Shown here one piece after another: positions 1 to 6,905 of a stretch of 64,000 bases of DNA. A program made the position numbers and the translations under genes. Below the pieces are notes generated by a model that made no database searches, was not told the origin of the DNA, and saw only the letters and a program-made list of their open reading frames with translations. Positions within the stretch are counted from its first letter, which is position 1; each line of letters opens with the position of its first letter. The DNA comes from a virus: positions 1 to 64,000 of IMG/VR virus record IMGVR_UViG_3300018080_000139. One strand, given 5' to 3'.

Positions 1-5
1 TAGAC

Positions 6-434
6 GTGGGAAAAGTCTATCGTCTCAAAGGCTGGGTGAAAAGCCAGGCCCGCTTTGGCTCCTCCCTCAGCGTCACTCTCGCCGTCGTGTCCAGGTGGAC
101 GGTCGAGGACTGGGAGTTCCTCGGCACGGACGAGGAGCGCGCGAGGCTTCACGCCAAGCGCGACACGGCCGACCGGAAGAAAAACCAGAGATACCTCGGG
201 GCCGTCGGAGACGAGATTTCCGGGGCCTTTGAAGTCCGAACGGTAAAGGAAGTCACCTCGAGGTTTGGAATTTCCAACCTCGTTGTAATTGAGAATGCAG
301 AAGGAAACCGGGCGAAATTCTTCACGACGCGCCCCGTGCGTGTCGGCCAGCCGGTCGTCGTCGCCGGAATTGTAAAGGAATGCGAGGAGTGGAACGGTTG
401 GAAATCGACACTCCTTCGAAAGGTCAAGTTTTAG
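6..434 (+). CDS. hypothetical phage protein (possibly 5'-truncated; OB-fold-like C-terminus)
   Basis: 142-aa ORF at the window edge; beta-rich C-terminus ending ...KSTLLRKVKF. Confidence 0.55.
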   Translation: MGKVYRLKGWVKSQARFGSSLSVTLAVVSRWTVEDWEFLGTDEERARLHAKRDTADRKKNQRYLGAVGDEISGAFEVRTVKEVTSRFGISNLVVIENAEGNRAKFFTTRPVRVGQPVVVAGIVKECEEWNGWKSTLLRKVKF

Positions 435-499
435 CGGTGAGCGAAAGGGCTGGGGCGGCTTCGGCCGCCTATGAGCGGGTTCGATTCCCGCCACCGCTC
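433..499 (+). ncRNA. tRNA-like RNA lacking an anticodon loop (element 1)
   Basis: 7-bp acceptor stem AGCGGTG(433-439)/CACCGCT(492-498); T-arm GCGGG-TTCGATT-CCCGC (475-491); C(UUCG)G hairpin 453-470 in place of the anticodon arm; T-run 500-506 follows. Confidence 0.65.
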
Positions 500-542
500 T
501 TTTTTTGTCAGGCAAACACGTTTTATGGAGGTGTAAAAAGCT

Positions 543-656
543 ATGTTGAACTTGATTTTCGCTTTGTTGTCGGTTATTGTGGTTTCCGTCGTCGTTGGGT
601 TTTCCGTCCTGGGGTTCTTGTTGATGGCCGACCGGCTGGAAAGGGGGCAAGCGTGA
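543..656 (+). CDS. small single-TM membrane protein (37 aa)
   Basis: GGAGGT RBS upstream; MLNLIFALLSVIVVSVVVGFSVLGFLLMADRLERGQA translated by hand. Confidence 0.6.
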   Translation: MLNLIFALLSVIVVSVVVGFSVLGFLLMADRLERGQA

Positions 657-735
657 CGCCGAAAGAAATCGTGCAAGAGGCTGTCGACAGGATGGCGGCA
701 CCGGAGGAGTATTCCGGTTTTGTAAGGGGAAAATC

Positions 736-1701
736 ATGGCAAAAAGAAATGTATGCGCGAAATCGCGGGAAGAACAGCGCTACGTCCGCGATGCGCTGAA
801 AAAGAAGCTTGCGGAAGGGGAGACGGTCCGTGGCCTGGCCCGTGCCGCCGGCGTCGATCACGGCTCCCTCTCGAAAATTACGAATGGGAAGATAAGGCCT
901 TCGGACGACACGGTGGAGGCCCTCTATTCGTGTGGCGCGATCGCGCGGCCGACCGAATCCGACCTTGAGGCCTTTGCCCCCAAGAAGAAGTCCGCACCTC
1001 TCCCCTCTTGGGGTGGAGAAATCAAAACCACGGCCGAGGCCGGCCAGGACAAAGGATATTCGGATAGGACCATCCGGCGTATGGCGGCCGACGGCCGCCT
1101 GGACTACATCAGGGTCGGGCGGAGGATCATGATTGTTGTCAACGCTAAATATCGGACCCTCTCCCCCTCCGCTGGCCGGCGTGCGGATCTGGCCGAAGCC
1201 GAATGCGAGCGTCTCCGTCGGGACCTCGAAGAGGCCCGCGCGCGCATCGTTGAACTCGAAGCGTCGGCCATTGGCACACACGAATTCCTCTCGGCTGATG
1301 GGGACGACGAAGAGCCCCGTTGCGCTTGCGGCGCCGAGCTTGTGAACGCCGACGAGATTCGGGAGGGAGTCTGCACTACGTGCGCTTACCTTCACGCGCC
1401 GGCGCCGGCCTCGATCGACGTTTGCCGAGATTGCGGAGCCGATGGAGAAACCATCCTCGGCCAATGCCGGGACTGCTCCGACTTTTGGCCTGTTCGAAAT
1501 CCGGCCGGCGAGGAAATAACTGATTGGCTGGTGAAAAATCGCGACGAGGAGGACGGCTCCCGCCGTTTCCTGGATTGTCGAAACGGATCCCCGAGGCCCG
1601 GGCGCATCAAGTCCCCGCCGGCGGGGCTTTTTACCGAGTACGCCGAGGCCTGCGTGTACGTCCCTGACGACGTGCTAGACAGGCTGGAAGGGAGGTTGTA
1701 A
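736..1701 (+). CDS. DNA-binding protein: XRE-type HTH, excisionase-like HTH, coiled coil and Zn-finger CxxC motifs
   Basis: VRGLARAAGVDHGSLSKITNGKIRPS (XRE HTH); GYSDRTIRRMAADGRLDYIRVGRRI (HTH_17-like); CACG/CTTC/CRDC/CRDC. Confidence 0.7.
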   Translation: MAKRNVCAKSREEQRYVRDALKKKLAEGETVRGLARAAGVDHGSLSKITNGKIRPSDDTVEALYSCGAIARPTESDLEAFAPKKKSAPLPSWGGEIKTTAEAGQDKGYSDRTIRRMAADGRLDYIRVGRRIMIVVNAKYRTLSPSAGRRADLAEAECERLRRDLEEARARIVELEASAIGTHEFLSADGDDEEPRCACGAELVNADEIREGVCTTCAYLHAPAPASIDVCRDCGADGETILGQCRDCSDFWPVRNPAGEEITDWLVKNRDEEDGSRRFLDCRNGSPRPGRIKSPPAGLFTEYAEACVYVPDDVLDRLEGRL

Positions 1702-2303
1702 AAATGGCAAAACGAAAAAGAGTAGCTGGCTGGGCACTGGACACGGCCCTGCTTGTGGTCGGCCAGACGTCGGAGGAAACCATTGCGATTAAGCGGGAGC
1801 TGGTCCGTCTCGGACTTCAACTCTTCAGCTCGTTCGCGCGAGACTGCCACTATGACGTCCGCCGGGTAAATGCGAGTACCTGCTTTGAAGCTTCTGCGTC
1901 CGATATCTAAAATTTTTCCATCCGCCATTTCAGGGTGATATTTTACTCCGATTGCACGATGTATATGAGGATCGAACTGGTCTCCCACTCTCGTCTTTAT
2001 CTCCTCTACGCCAAGGATTTCAAGACTTTTTAGAACGGCCTCTATGATTGCATCCAACTCTTTTCGAGAAGCTATTTCGACTTCGTAGGCGCTATCGAGC
2101 ACCTCGATAAGGTTTCTCAGCCTTGTTATGATTTTGTCCTGCGACTCGCGGCCATAGACTCCTATCAATTCTGCAATCCGATTTTCTACCATCCGCAATC
2201 CTTCGCTTCTGTCGGAAATTTCTGCGACGAGTTGCCAAAAAATTTTTATCATTGACAGGAAGGTATCGTTTTGAGTATCACTGTCTTTAACATTTATAGA
2301 CAT
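1392..2303 (-). CDS. grpE: GrpE-like nucleotide-exchange-factor domain protein (low-GC insert)
   Basis: GAAAGGAGGA RBS before ATG 2303; LKSLEILGVEEIKTRVGDQFDPHIHRAI...GKILDIGRRSFKAGTRIYPADVIVA matches the GrpE head; the tail of the ORF runs antisense over plus-strand genes. Confidence 0.6.
   Translation of the reverse strand: MSINVKDSDTQNDTFLSMIKIFWQLVAEISDRSEGLRMVENRIAELIGVYGRESQDKIITRLRNLIEVLDSAYEVEIASRKELDAIIEAVLKSLEILGVEEIKTRVGDQFDPHIHRAIGVKYHPEMADGKILDIGRRSFKAGTRIYPADVIVAVSRERAEELKSETDQLPLNRNGFLRRLADHKQGRVQCPASYSFSFCHFYNLPSSLSSTSSGTYTQASAYSVKSPAGGDLMRPGLGDPFRQSRKRREPSSSSRFFTSQSVISSPAGFRTGQKSEQSRHWPRMVSPSAPQSRQTSIEAGAGA
1704..1910 (+). CDS. hypothetical protein
   Basis: GGAGG RBS, directly downstream of the previous gene. 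Confidence 0.4.
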   Translation: MAKRKRVAGWALDTALLVVGQTSEETIAIKRELVRLGLQLFSSFARDCHYDVRRVNASTCFEASASDI

Positions 2304-2452
2304 TTTATGATCCTCCTTTCCCTTATAGTTTACAAAAAAATAAACTGAATTAATAGGGAAAAAGAGGATTTTTTTTTGCCCCTCCAAATTTTTGGTTTGT
2401 CGATATCAATTGCTATTGAGCCCGATTTCCGCGAATTCATGAATAATTCGGG

Positions 2453-2740
2453 CTAGAAGTCAACAAGTCCTTTGTCAACGGCGAATGAGATTATATCGCG
2501 CCAAGTGAGCTTGTAGGCTCGGTTGCTTTTGGTATGCAAGACCAAAGGCTCGCCCGACATAGTGTTCGTGAGCACCACCTCATGCAAAATAGCCGGGCCC
2601 CCGTCAGCAGCGTCTTCGTGGAAAGTGGCGAACGTCGGGTTTTCCATGCAGGGGAGCTTTTTCTTGTTCATGTTTTCGAGTATCTCCCCCGGCGCGCCGA
2701 TCTTCAGTATCCTTTTCCGTATCCAAGCAGTAAACTTCAT
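2453..2740 (-). CDS. hypothetical protein
   Basis: 95-aa ORF co-oriented with the left arm. Confidence 0.55.
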   Translation of the reverse strand: MKFTAWIRKRILKIGAPGEILENMNKKKLPCMENPTFATFHEDAADGGPAILHEVVLTNTMSGEPLVLHTKSNRAYKLTWRDIISFAVDKGLVDF

Positions 2741-2887
2741 AGAATTTCTCTGCGCCGGAAACCCCCGACTTCAGTCGGGGGAGGAAGCGCAGCCTCCTCT
2801 ATACAGTTTGTTCGACCCGGCGAAGCTGGGTCGCAGTAGACTGAACCGGCAGTCACTATTTGCCCCCTCAGACAAAAAAGCAGCCTC

Positions 2888-2916
2888 TTGACAATTCGGT
2901 CAAAAATATTTACCAT
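2888..2916 (+). promoter_or_regulatory. sigma70-like promoter inside the IS remnant
   Basis: TTGACA-17 bp-TACCAT. Confidence 0.5.
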
Positions 2917-2979
2917 GTGGGTATGATAGAAATCAAAAGAAATCGGAATTGTGTGTATCAAATAGCATACCATGTGATA

Positions 2980-3123
2980 TGGGGCTGGAGAAGCACCCCA
3001 GGGTACGAACTTTGGCTCTCCACACCAACGTAGCCTGTCAGTCTTGCGACCACGGCTCAAGCCTGGTCAACGTGAGGCTTGCAGTTTCCTACAAGCCTGC
3101 CACTTCAGTGGCGGGTAGTTGAC
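2980..3123 (-). ncRNA. HEARO/omegaRNA scaffold, 3'-truncated
   Basis: Minus strand shows GTCAAC...GGCTTG...CAAGCC...GTTGACCAG...CTACGTT...CCCTGGGGTGCTTCTCCAGCCCCA, the hallmark order of omegaRNA motifs. Confidence 0.7.
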
Positions 3124-3280
3124 GTATACAAATTTTCCACACGTCAATCTCGACAAGCCATAGCCAAACCCCCAAACGCAAAGCCGGATGCATGGCCGCG
3201 GGGCGCCCCGCTCTCGTCCTCCCGTCACCGGAAATGGGATTCCTACTGTCTAACCGTAGAGCAAGCGGCCAGGGGAAATC

Positions 3281-3682
3281 TTACCCGCGAAGGCCAGACC
3301 TCTCCATCCGACGAAGCCTCGTGTAATAGTCGGGGAGTTCTGCCAGGTGATCGAGAGCGATTTTTTTGGCAAGCATGGGGTCGTCCGTGTGTTCCTTTTC
3401 GACTTCGACGCCGGCCTTGAGTTCTTCGAGGTCCGCGTCCTCTTCGGAAAACCCCCCCTTTACTGACTTCCCGTCCACCAAAAGCAGATTGGCGTACCTC
3501 GTCGCCAGCACGTAAGCGGCCGCTTCGGCCTCGTGGACGTCCAGTCCCCCTCCCTCGGCCCAGGCGTGAAAGTCCCGATCTTCGGGGTCGGGGTGCTCTG
3601 CGAGAAATCGGGCCACGTCGGTTATGATTTCATCCAGCTCGTCGGGCGACATTGCCCTTTCCAAGTCTTCTCTCACTCCCAT
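3281..3682 (-). CDS. conserved phage protein (DUF5661-like)
   Basis: ELKAGVEVEKEHTDDPMLAKKIALDHLAELPDYYTRL motif; AGGAG RBS. Confidence 0.7.
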   Translation of the reverse strand: MGVREDLERAMSPDELDEIITDVARFLAEHPDPEDRDFHAWAEGGGLDVHEAEAAAYVLATRYANLLLVDGKSVKGGFSEEDADLEELKAGVEVEKEHTDDPMLAKKIALDHLAELPDYYTRLRRMERSGLRG

Positions 3683-3836
3683 AATTTCTTTCTCCTAAAA
3701 CAAAATCACCTCGTAAAGAGACGTCGAAACCGGCGAACGAAACGTCGGAATCTCCCCCTCCAGCTTCGATTCTTCCGCCAATAGCGATTCGCCCCAAAAA
3801 AAATCTCATTTACCGTAGCACGGGTGAGAGAAAGTT

Positions 3837-4046
3837 TTATTGCTCCCTGTTGATGATTGCCTGCTTACACACTAAATACAGACAGCGTGGGCACAAGCAC
3901 AGAATCGGCCCGGGCAGGTAGGTCTGAAAGAAAATCCTGCTACAGCCTTCGCACTGGTGAAGGTAGTTCGGCAGATTCCGCCGAGCCACTTCCGAAGACG
4001 GGGATCTTTCGTCTGCACCTGACAGCAGGTTTGTTACAGCGTCCAC
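3837..4046 (-). CDS. small Zn-ribbon protein
   Basis: CEGC...CPRC; AAGGAGG RBS. Confidence 0.55.
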   Translation of the reverse strand: MDAVTNLLSGADERSPSSEVARRNLPNYLHQCEGCSRIFFQTYLPGPILCLCPRCLYLVCKQAIINREQ

Positions 4047-4060
4047 AGTGTGTAGCCTCC

Positions 4061-4756
4061 TTAGTCTTCCAGACCTACCCAGTCAGGATGCTCCATGTCC
4101 ACTGTGTGTTCTCCTCTCGTATGATGCTTGCATTTCTTGTTGCTGCAGTACCACCAGTAATCCATATACGGGAACTCCTGCGCGTCGGGCTGCGTCACCA
4201 CGACATTGTACCCGCACTGTTTGCATGTCCCCGCAAACCAACTCGACGGGACTCTCTTCGCCGTCGCCGGAGGAAACGCCCGGCTTCCGCCTGTCGGGGG
4301 AATCATGTGGTCACTGGCGTATCGGACCGGCTCTTCACCCGTCCAGCTTTCGTATCGGCTACAGTAATCGACGCGATAGCCAGAGGGCGGATAGCCGAAA
4401 AGCTGGCATGGAAATTTCACCCAGGCGTCGCTGTCCGCGTCCCTATGCTCCACGCGTCCGGATAACCTGCAAGTGATGCAGCGGGCAAGTTTCTTTCCAT
4501 CCACGTATTCGACTTTGCCACATGGCTCCCCCACACTGGGACCCTTGAGGACGTCGGAGAGTTCTCCTGTCGTTTCCTCGCTTTCGCCCCCGGACAGATT
4601 ATCCAAAGGCAGAGTGTGACTTTTACCGGGTTTTGCACATTCGCCGCAGAGGAACAGCGCGTGGACTTCCTCCCCCAGGCTTCCCCACGCGGTGTCTGTT
4701 GTCAGATTCCTCAGTAAAACCCCACAACTACTACATCGAATTTCGTTTCCTCCCAT
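4061..4756 (-). CDS. Cys-rich multi-Zn-finger hypothetical protein
   Basis: CSSC, CGEC, CITC, CKQC, CSNKKC motifs. Confidence 0.6.
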   Translation of the reverse strand: MGGNEIRCSSCGVLLRNLTTDTAWGSLGEEVHALFLCGECAKPGKSHTLPLDNLSGGESEETTGELSDVLKGPSVGEPCGKVEYVDGKKLARCITCRLSGRVEHRDADSDAWVKFPCQLFGYPPSGYRVDYCSRYESWTGEEPVRYASDHMIPPTGGSRAFPPATAKRVPSSWFAGTCKQCGYNVVVTQPDAQEFPYMDYWWYCSNKKCKHHTRGEHTVDMEHPDWVGLED

Positions 4757-4757
4757 C

Positions 4758-4970
4758 CTACCTATTTCCTTTCATGCGCAAAAGAATATGGTGCGCGTAA
4801 TGCAACGACGTACATGGGGGCGTGGACATCGCAGCTTCTTTCCTGACCTCGTTGGCATAGAACCCCAAAAGCTCTTCATCGGTGACTGTGACAGGAAACG
4901 TCTCCTCCTTTACAGGAGGGGGCGAATTTTCGCATGTGTGTGCGGACACCGTGATCTTCTTCATTTCCAT
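4758..4970 (-). CDS. hypothetical protein
   Basis: GAAAGGAG RBS. Confidence 0.55.
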   Translation of the reverse strand: MEMKKITVSAHTCENSPPPVKEETFPVTVTDEELLGFYANEVRKEAAMSTPPCTSLHYAHHILLRMKGNR

Positions 4971-5051
4971 CCGTCGTCTCCTTTCGGGTAATAACTACTC
5001 CAGTCCATGATAACTCCTACAACACAAACGCCCTGTTTACCTCAAAAACTG

Positions 5052-5405
5052 CTAACCCTCCGCAACTCTCTTCCACTCTGCCCAGGGCAAGTACTCGAAC
5101 TCCGCCTTCACGCGAGGAAAAAGCGTGGCTATCTTCGCCATAAGCGTTGCCACGGCGTCTCCACATTGCCCCTCTCCCCATGACACAGCGACATTTGCCA
5201 CGAGCGCTCGGGCGTCCAGAGGAGTCATGCTTACGTATTCCAACAAATCCTCGTTCCTCGATGGCCGAACGTCCAGGATCGTGCAGCCGGAGATAAGCTT
5301 TTTTTCCTGGTAAGCCTCGATGATTTCGTGCGTGTCCGACGGCTTAACCACCTGCAAAAGGAGGGTGACGAACGCATATTTTGGGTAATAGCGGCCTATT
5401 TCCAT
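5052..5405 (-). CDS. hypothetical protein
   Basis: AAGGAG RBS, 117 aa. Confidence 0.6.
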   Translation of the reverse strand: MEIGRYYPKYAFVTLLLQVVKPSDTHEIIEAYQEKKLISGCTILDVRPSRNEDLLEYVSMTPLDARALVANVAVSWGEGQCGDAVATLMAKIATLFPRVKAEFEYLPWAEWKRVAEG

Positions 5406-5459
5406 ATGTTCTCCTTGAAATACCCCTCGTAGTGAAAAGGCTGATCGGGAAGCAAGTCA

Positions 5460-5819
5460 TTATGCCCTCTCCCCCACAATATCCGTGATGGATACGCTAA
5501 GTTGCACCTCGTCGCCGTCCATGCCCGCCACCGAGATGGTGACGGTGCCCGTGCCTTTTTCCGGCAGCCCGCTCCCCTCACCTCCCACCGACTCCAGCAT
5601 GCCGCGGCAGAGGTGGAGCGGGGTTTTCGGCAGCACCAAGGGATGCCCCACCGAAAACCCGTCCGTCATTTCCTTTGTCGCCTTCACCCTCACCTCCTCT
5701 ATTGCCTGTTCCAGCTCGGGGATGAGGCGGCGCACAACGGGCAGGTCGTACTGTCTGCCAGCATGCCAGGCCTCCAATTCCTGCTTTGCGCTACGGATGA
5801 CCTCTTTCTCCTCTGTCAT
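5460..5819 (-). CDS. hypothetical protein
   Basis: GGAGGAGG RBS before ATG 5819. Confidence 0.6.
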   Translation of the reverse strand: MTEEKEVIRSAKQELEAWHAGRQYDLPVVRRLIPELEQAIEEVRVKATKEMTDGFSVGHPLVLPKTPLHLCRGMLESVGGEGSGLPEKGTGTVTISVAGMDGDEVQLSVSITDIVGERA

Positions 5820-5872
5820 GGTACCTCCTCCACCCGCCCGTCCAGGCGGAACACGAGACACCTGTTAATTCC

Positions 5873-6094
5873 CTACATGTTAATTCCCTGCTCCTTCTCG
5901 ATAGAGAGGTGTATTTTCTGGACGGCTCCATTCTCTACCGAAAGGGTGATCTGCCCCTCCTCTATGCCCAACGTCCTACACATTGCTGCAAGGTAAACGT
6001 GCCATGTCTCCGAAACCCGAATATCCTCACGAGTCTGCAAAATCTCTTCTTTCCCGACGACGCGAACCTGCACCACGGGGATAATCTCGTCCAT
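5873..6094 (-). CDS. hypothetical protein
   Basis: GAAAGGAG RBS before ATG 6094. Confidence 0.6.
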   Translation of the reverse strand: MDEIIPVVQVRVVGKEEILQTREDIRVSETWHVYLAAMCRTLGIEEGQITLSVENGAVQKIHLSIEKEQGINM

Positions 6095-6266
6095 CCGTCG
6101 TCTCCTTTCTCTAAAATTAAGTCTACCTCCACACGACTTCCTCCAGTTTTCCCCCCTCTCCCACCAGGAAAATAACTCCCAGGCACACTGGGCGGGCATG
6201 GCTAAAATTCGCTCGTCCCTCAATAAGAGGGCTGCCGCAGTAGGGGCGGCACGGAGGCGCGGCGGT

Positions 6267-6371
6267 TTATAGCCCAAAAAGGCTACAAAGCACCATAACA
6301 CCGTAAAAAATAAGACCTAAAGCTACTACGACAAATGCCGCCGTGCAATCGCTTCCCCCGTCTTCGCTCAT
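6267..6371 (-). CDS. small single-TM protein (34 aa)
   Basis: MSEDGGSDCTAAFVVVALGLIFYGVMVLCSLFGL translated by hand; GGAG upstream. Confidence 0.5.
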   Translation of the reverse strand: MSEDGGSDCTAAFVVVALGLIFYGVMVLCSLFGL

Positions 6372-6373
6372 CG

Positions 6374-6643
6374 CTATGCTCCTTTCCACCAATAGGGGTC
6401 CCGAAGAAGTTTACCGCACTCACAATCCCCATCCCCCCAGACCTGCCGGCGGGCGCAGTGTTCCGTATGCCCCTCCGAAACCAGAAGACCTATTCTTACT
6501 TGCTCTTCGTCCTCATCGGGGGAGGACGGAATGTCAATAGAGCTAGAGCAGGCAGGGCATATGGGGCCGTCCGGCGTAATCCGAACATCGTACAGCAACC
6601 CGGACCAACCGCAAATCCCACAGGACGCTATCTCTTCGGTCAT
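6374..6643 (-). CDS. small Zn-finger protein
   Basis: CGIC, CPAC, H..HC...CEC; AAGGAG RBS. Confidence 0.6.
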   Translation of the reverse strand: MTEEIASCGICGWSGLLYDVRITPDGPICPACSSSIDIPSSPDEDEEQVRIGLLVSEGHTEHCARRQVWGDGDCECGKLLRDPYWWKGA

Positions 6644-6686
6644 CTCTCCTTCTCCTTTAACATGCTTGGAAACAATTGTTTTCATC

Positions 6687-6905
6687 CTACAACTCCTTTT
6701 CAGAAACGTCAACGGCAAGCGGTACGGAAACACCTGCCTCGACAACAGAATGAAGAGAACACCGTATCTTTACTCCCCTCCAAAACCTTTTAAGTTCCCA
6801 GCGGATTCTCCGATTAGGAGACCAAACGGAAATGCTCGGAGTCTCCATGCCTGCGCTGTCCTCAGCGTATGTCTTGATTGCCGACTTTATAAGCTCTTCA
6901 GACAT
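6687..6905 (-). CDS. hypothetical protein
   Basis: GGAGG RBS; overlaps the polymerase stop. Confidence 0.45.
   Translation of the reverse strand: MSEELIKSAIKTYAEDSAGMETPSISVWSPNRRIRWELKRFWRGVKIRCSLHSVVEAGVSVPLAVDVSEKEL

Larger units (their letters stand above)
2741..3123 (-). mobile_element. non-autonomous IS200/IS605 (IscB-type) remnant with both ends and no iscB/tnpA
   Basis: Left end GTCAACTACCCGCCACTGAAGTGGCAGG (minus strand, from 3123); right end GCTTCCTCCCCCGACTGAAGTCGGGGGTTTCCGGCGCAG (about 2788-2750); both carry a CTGAAG-loop hairpin typical of IscB elements. Confidence 0.75.
4966..6109 (-). repeat. exact 20-bp repeat of a translation-initiation region (copies at 4966-4985 and 6090-6109)
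   Basis: TCCATCCGTCGTCTCCTTTC twice (minus strand GAAAGGAGACGACGG-ATG-GA). Confidence 0.85.

Noticed and set aside
2737-3420. ORFs 2737..3060 and 3079..3420 as genes
   Set aside because: They run through IS ends and omegaRNA structure, with no RBS and no RuvC/HNH motifs
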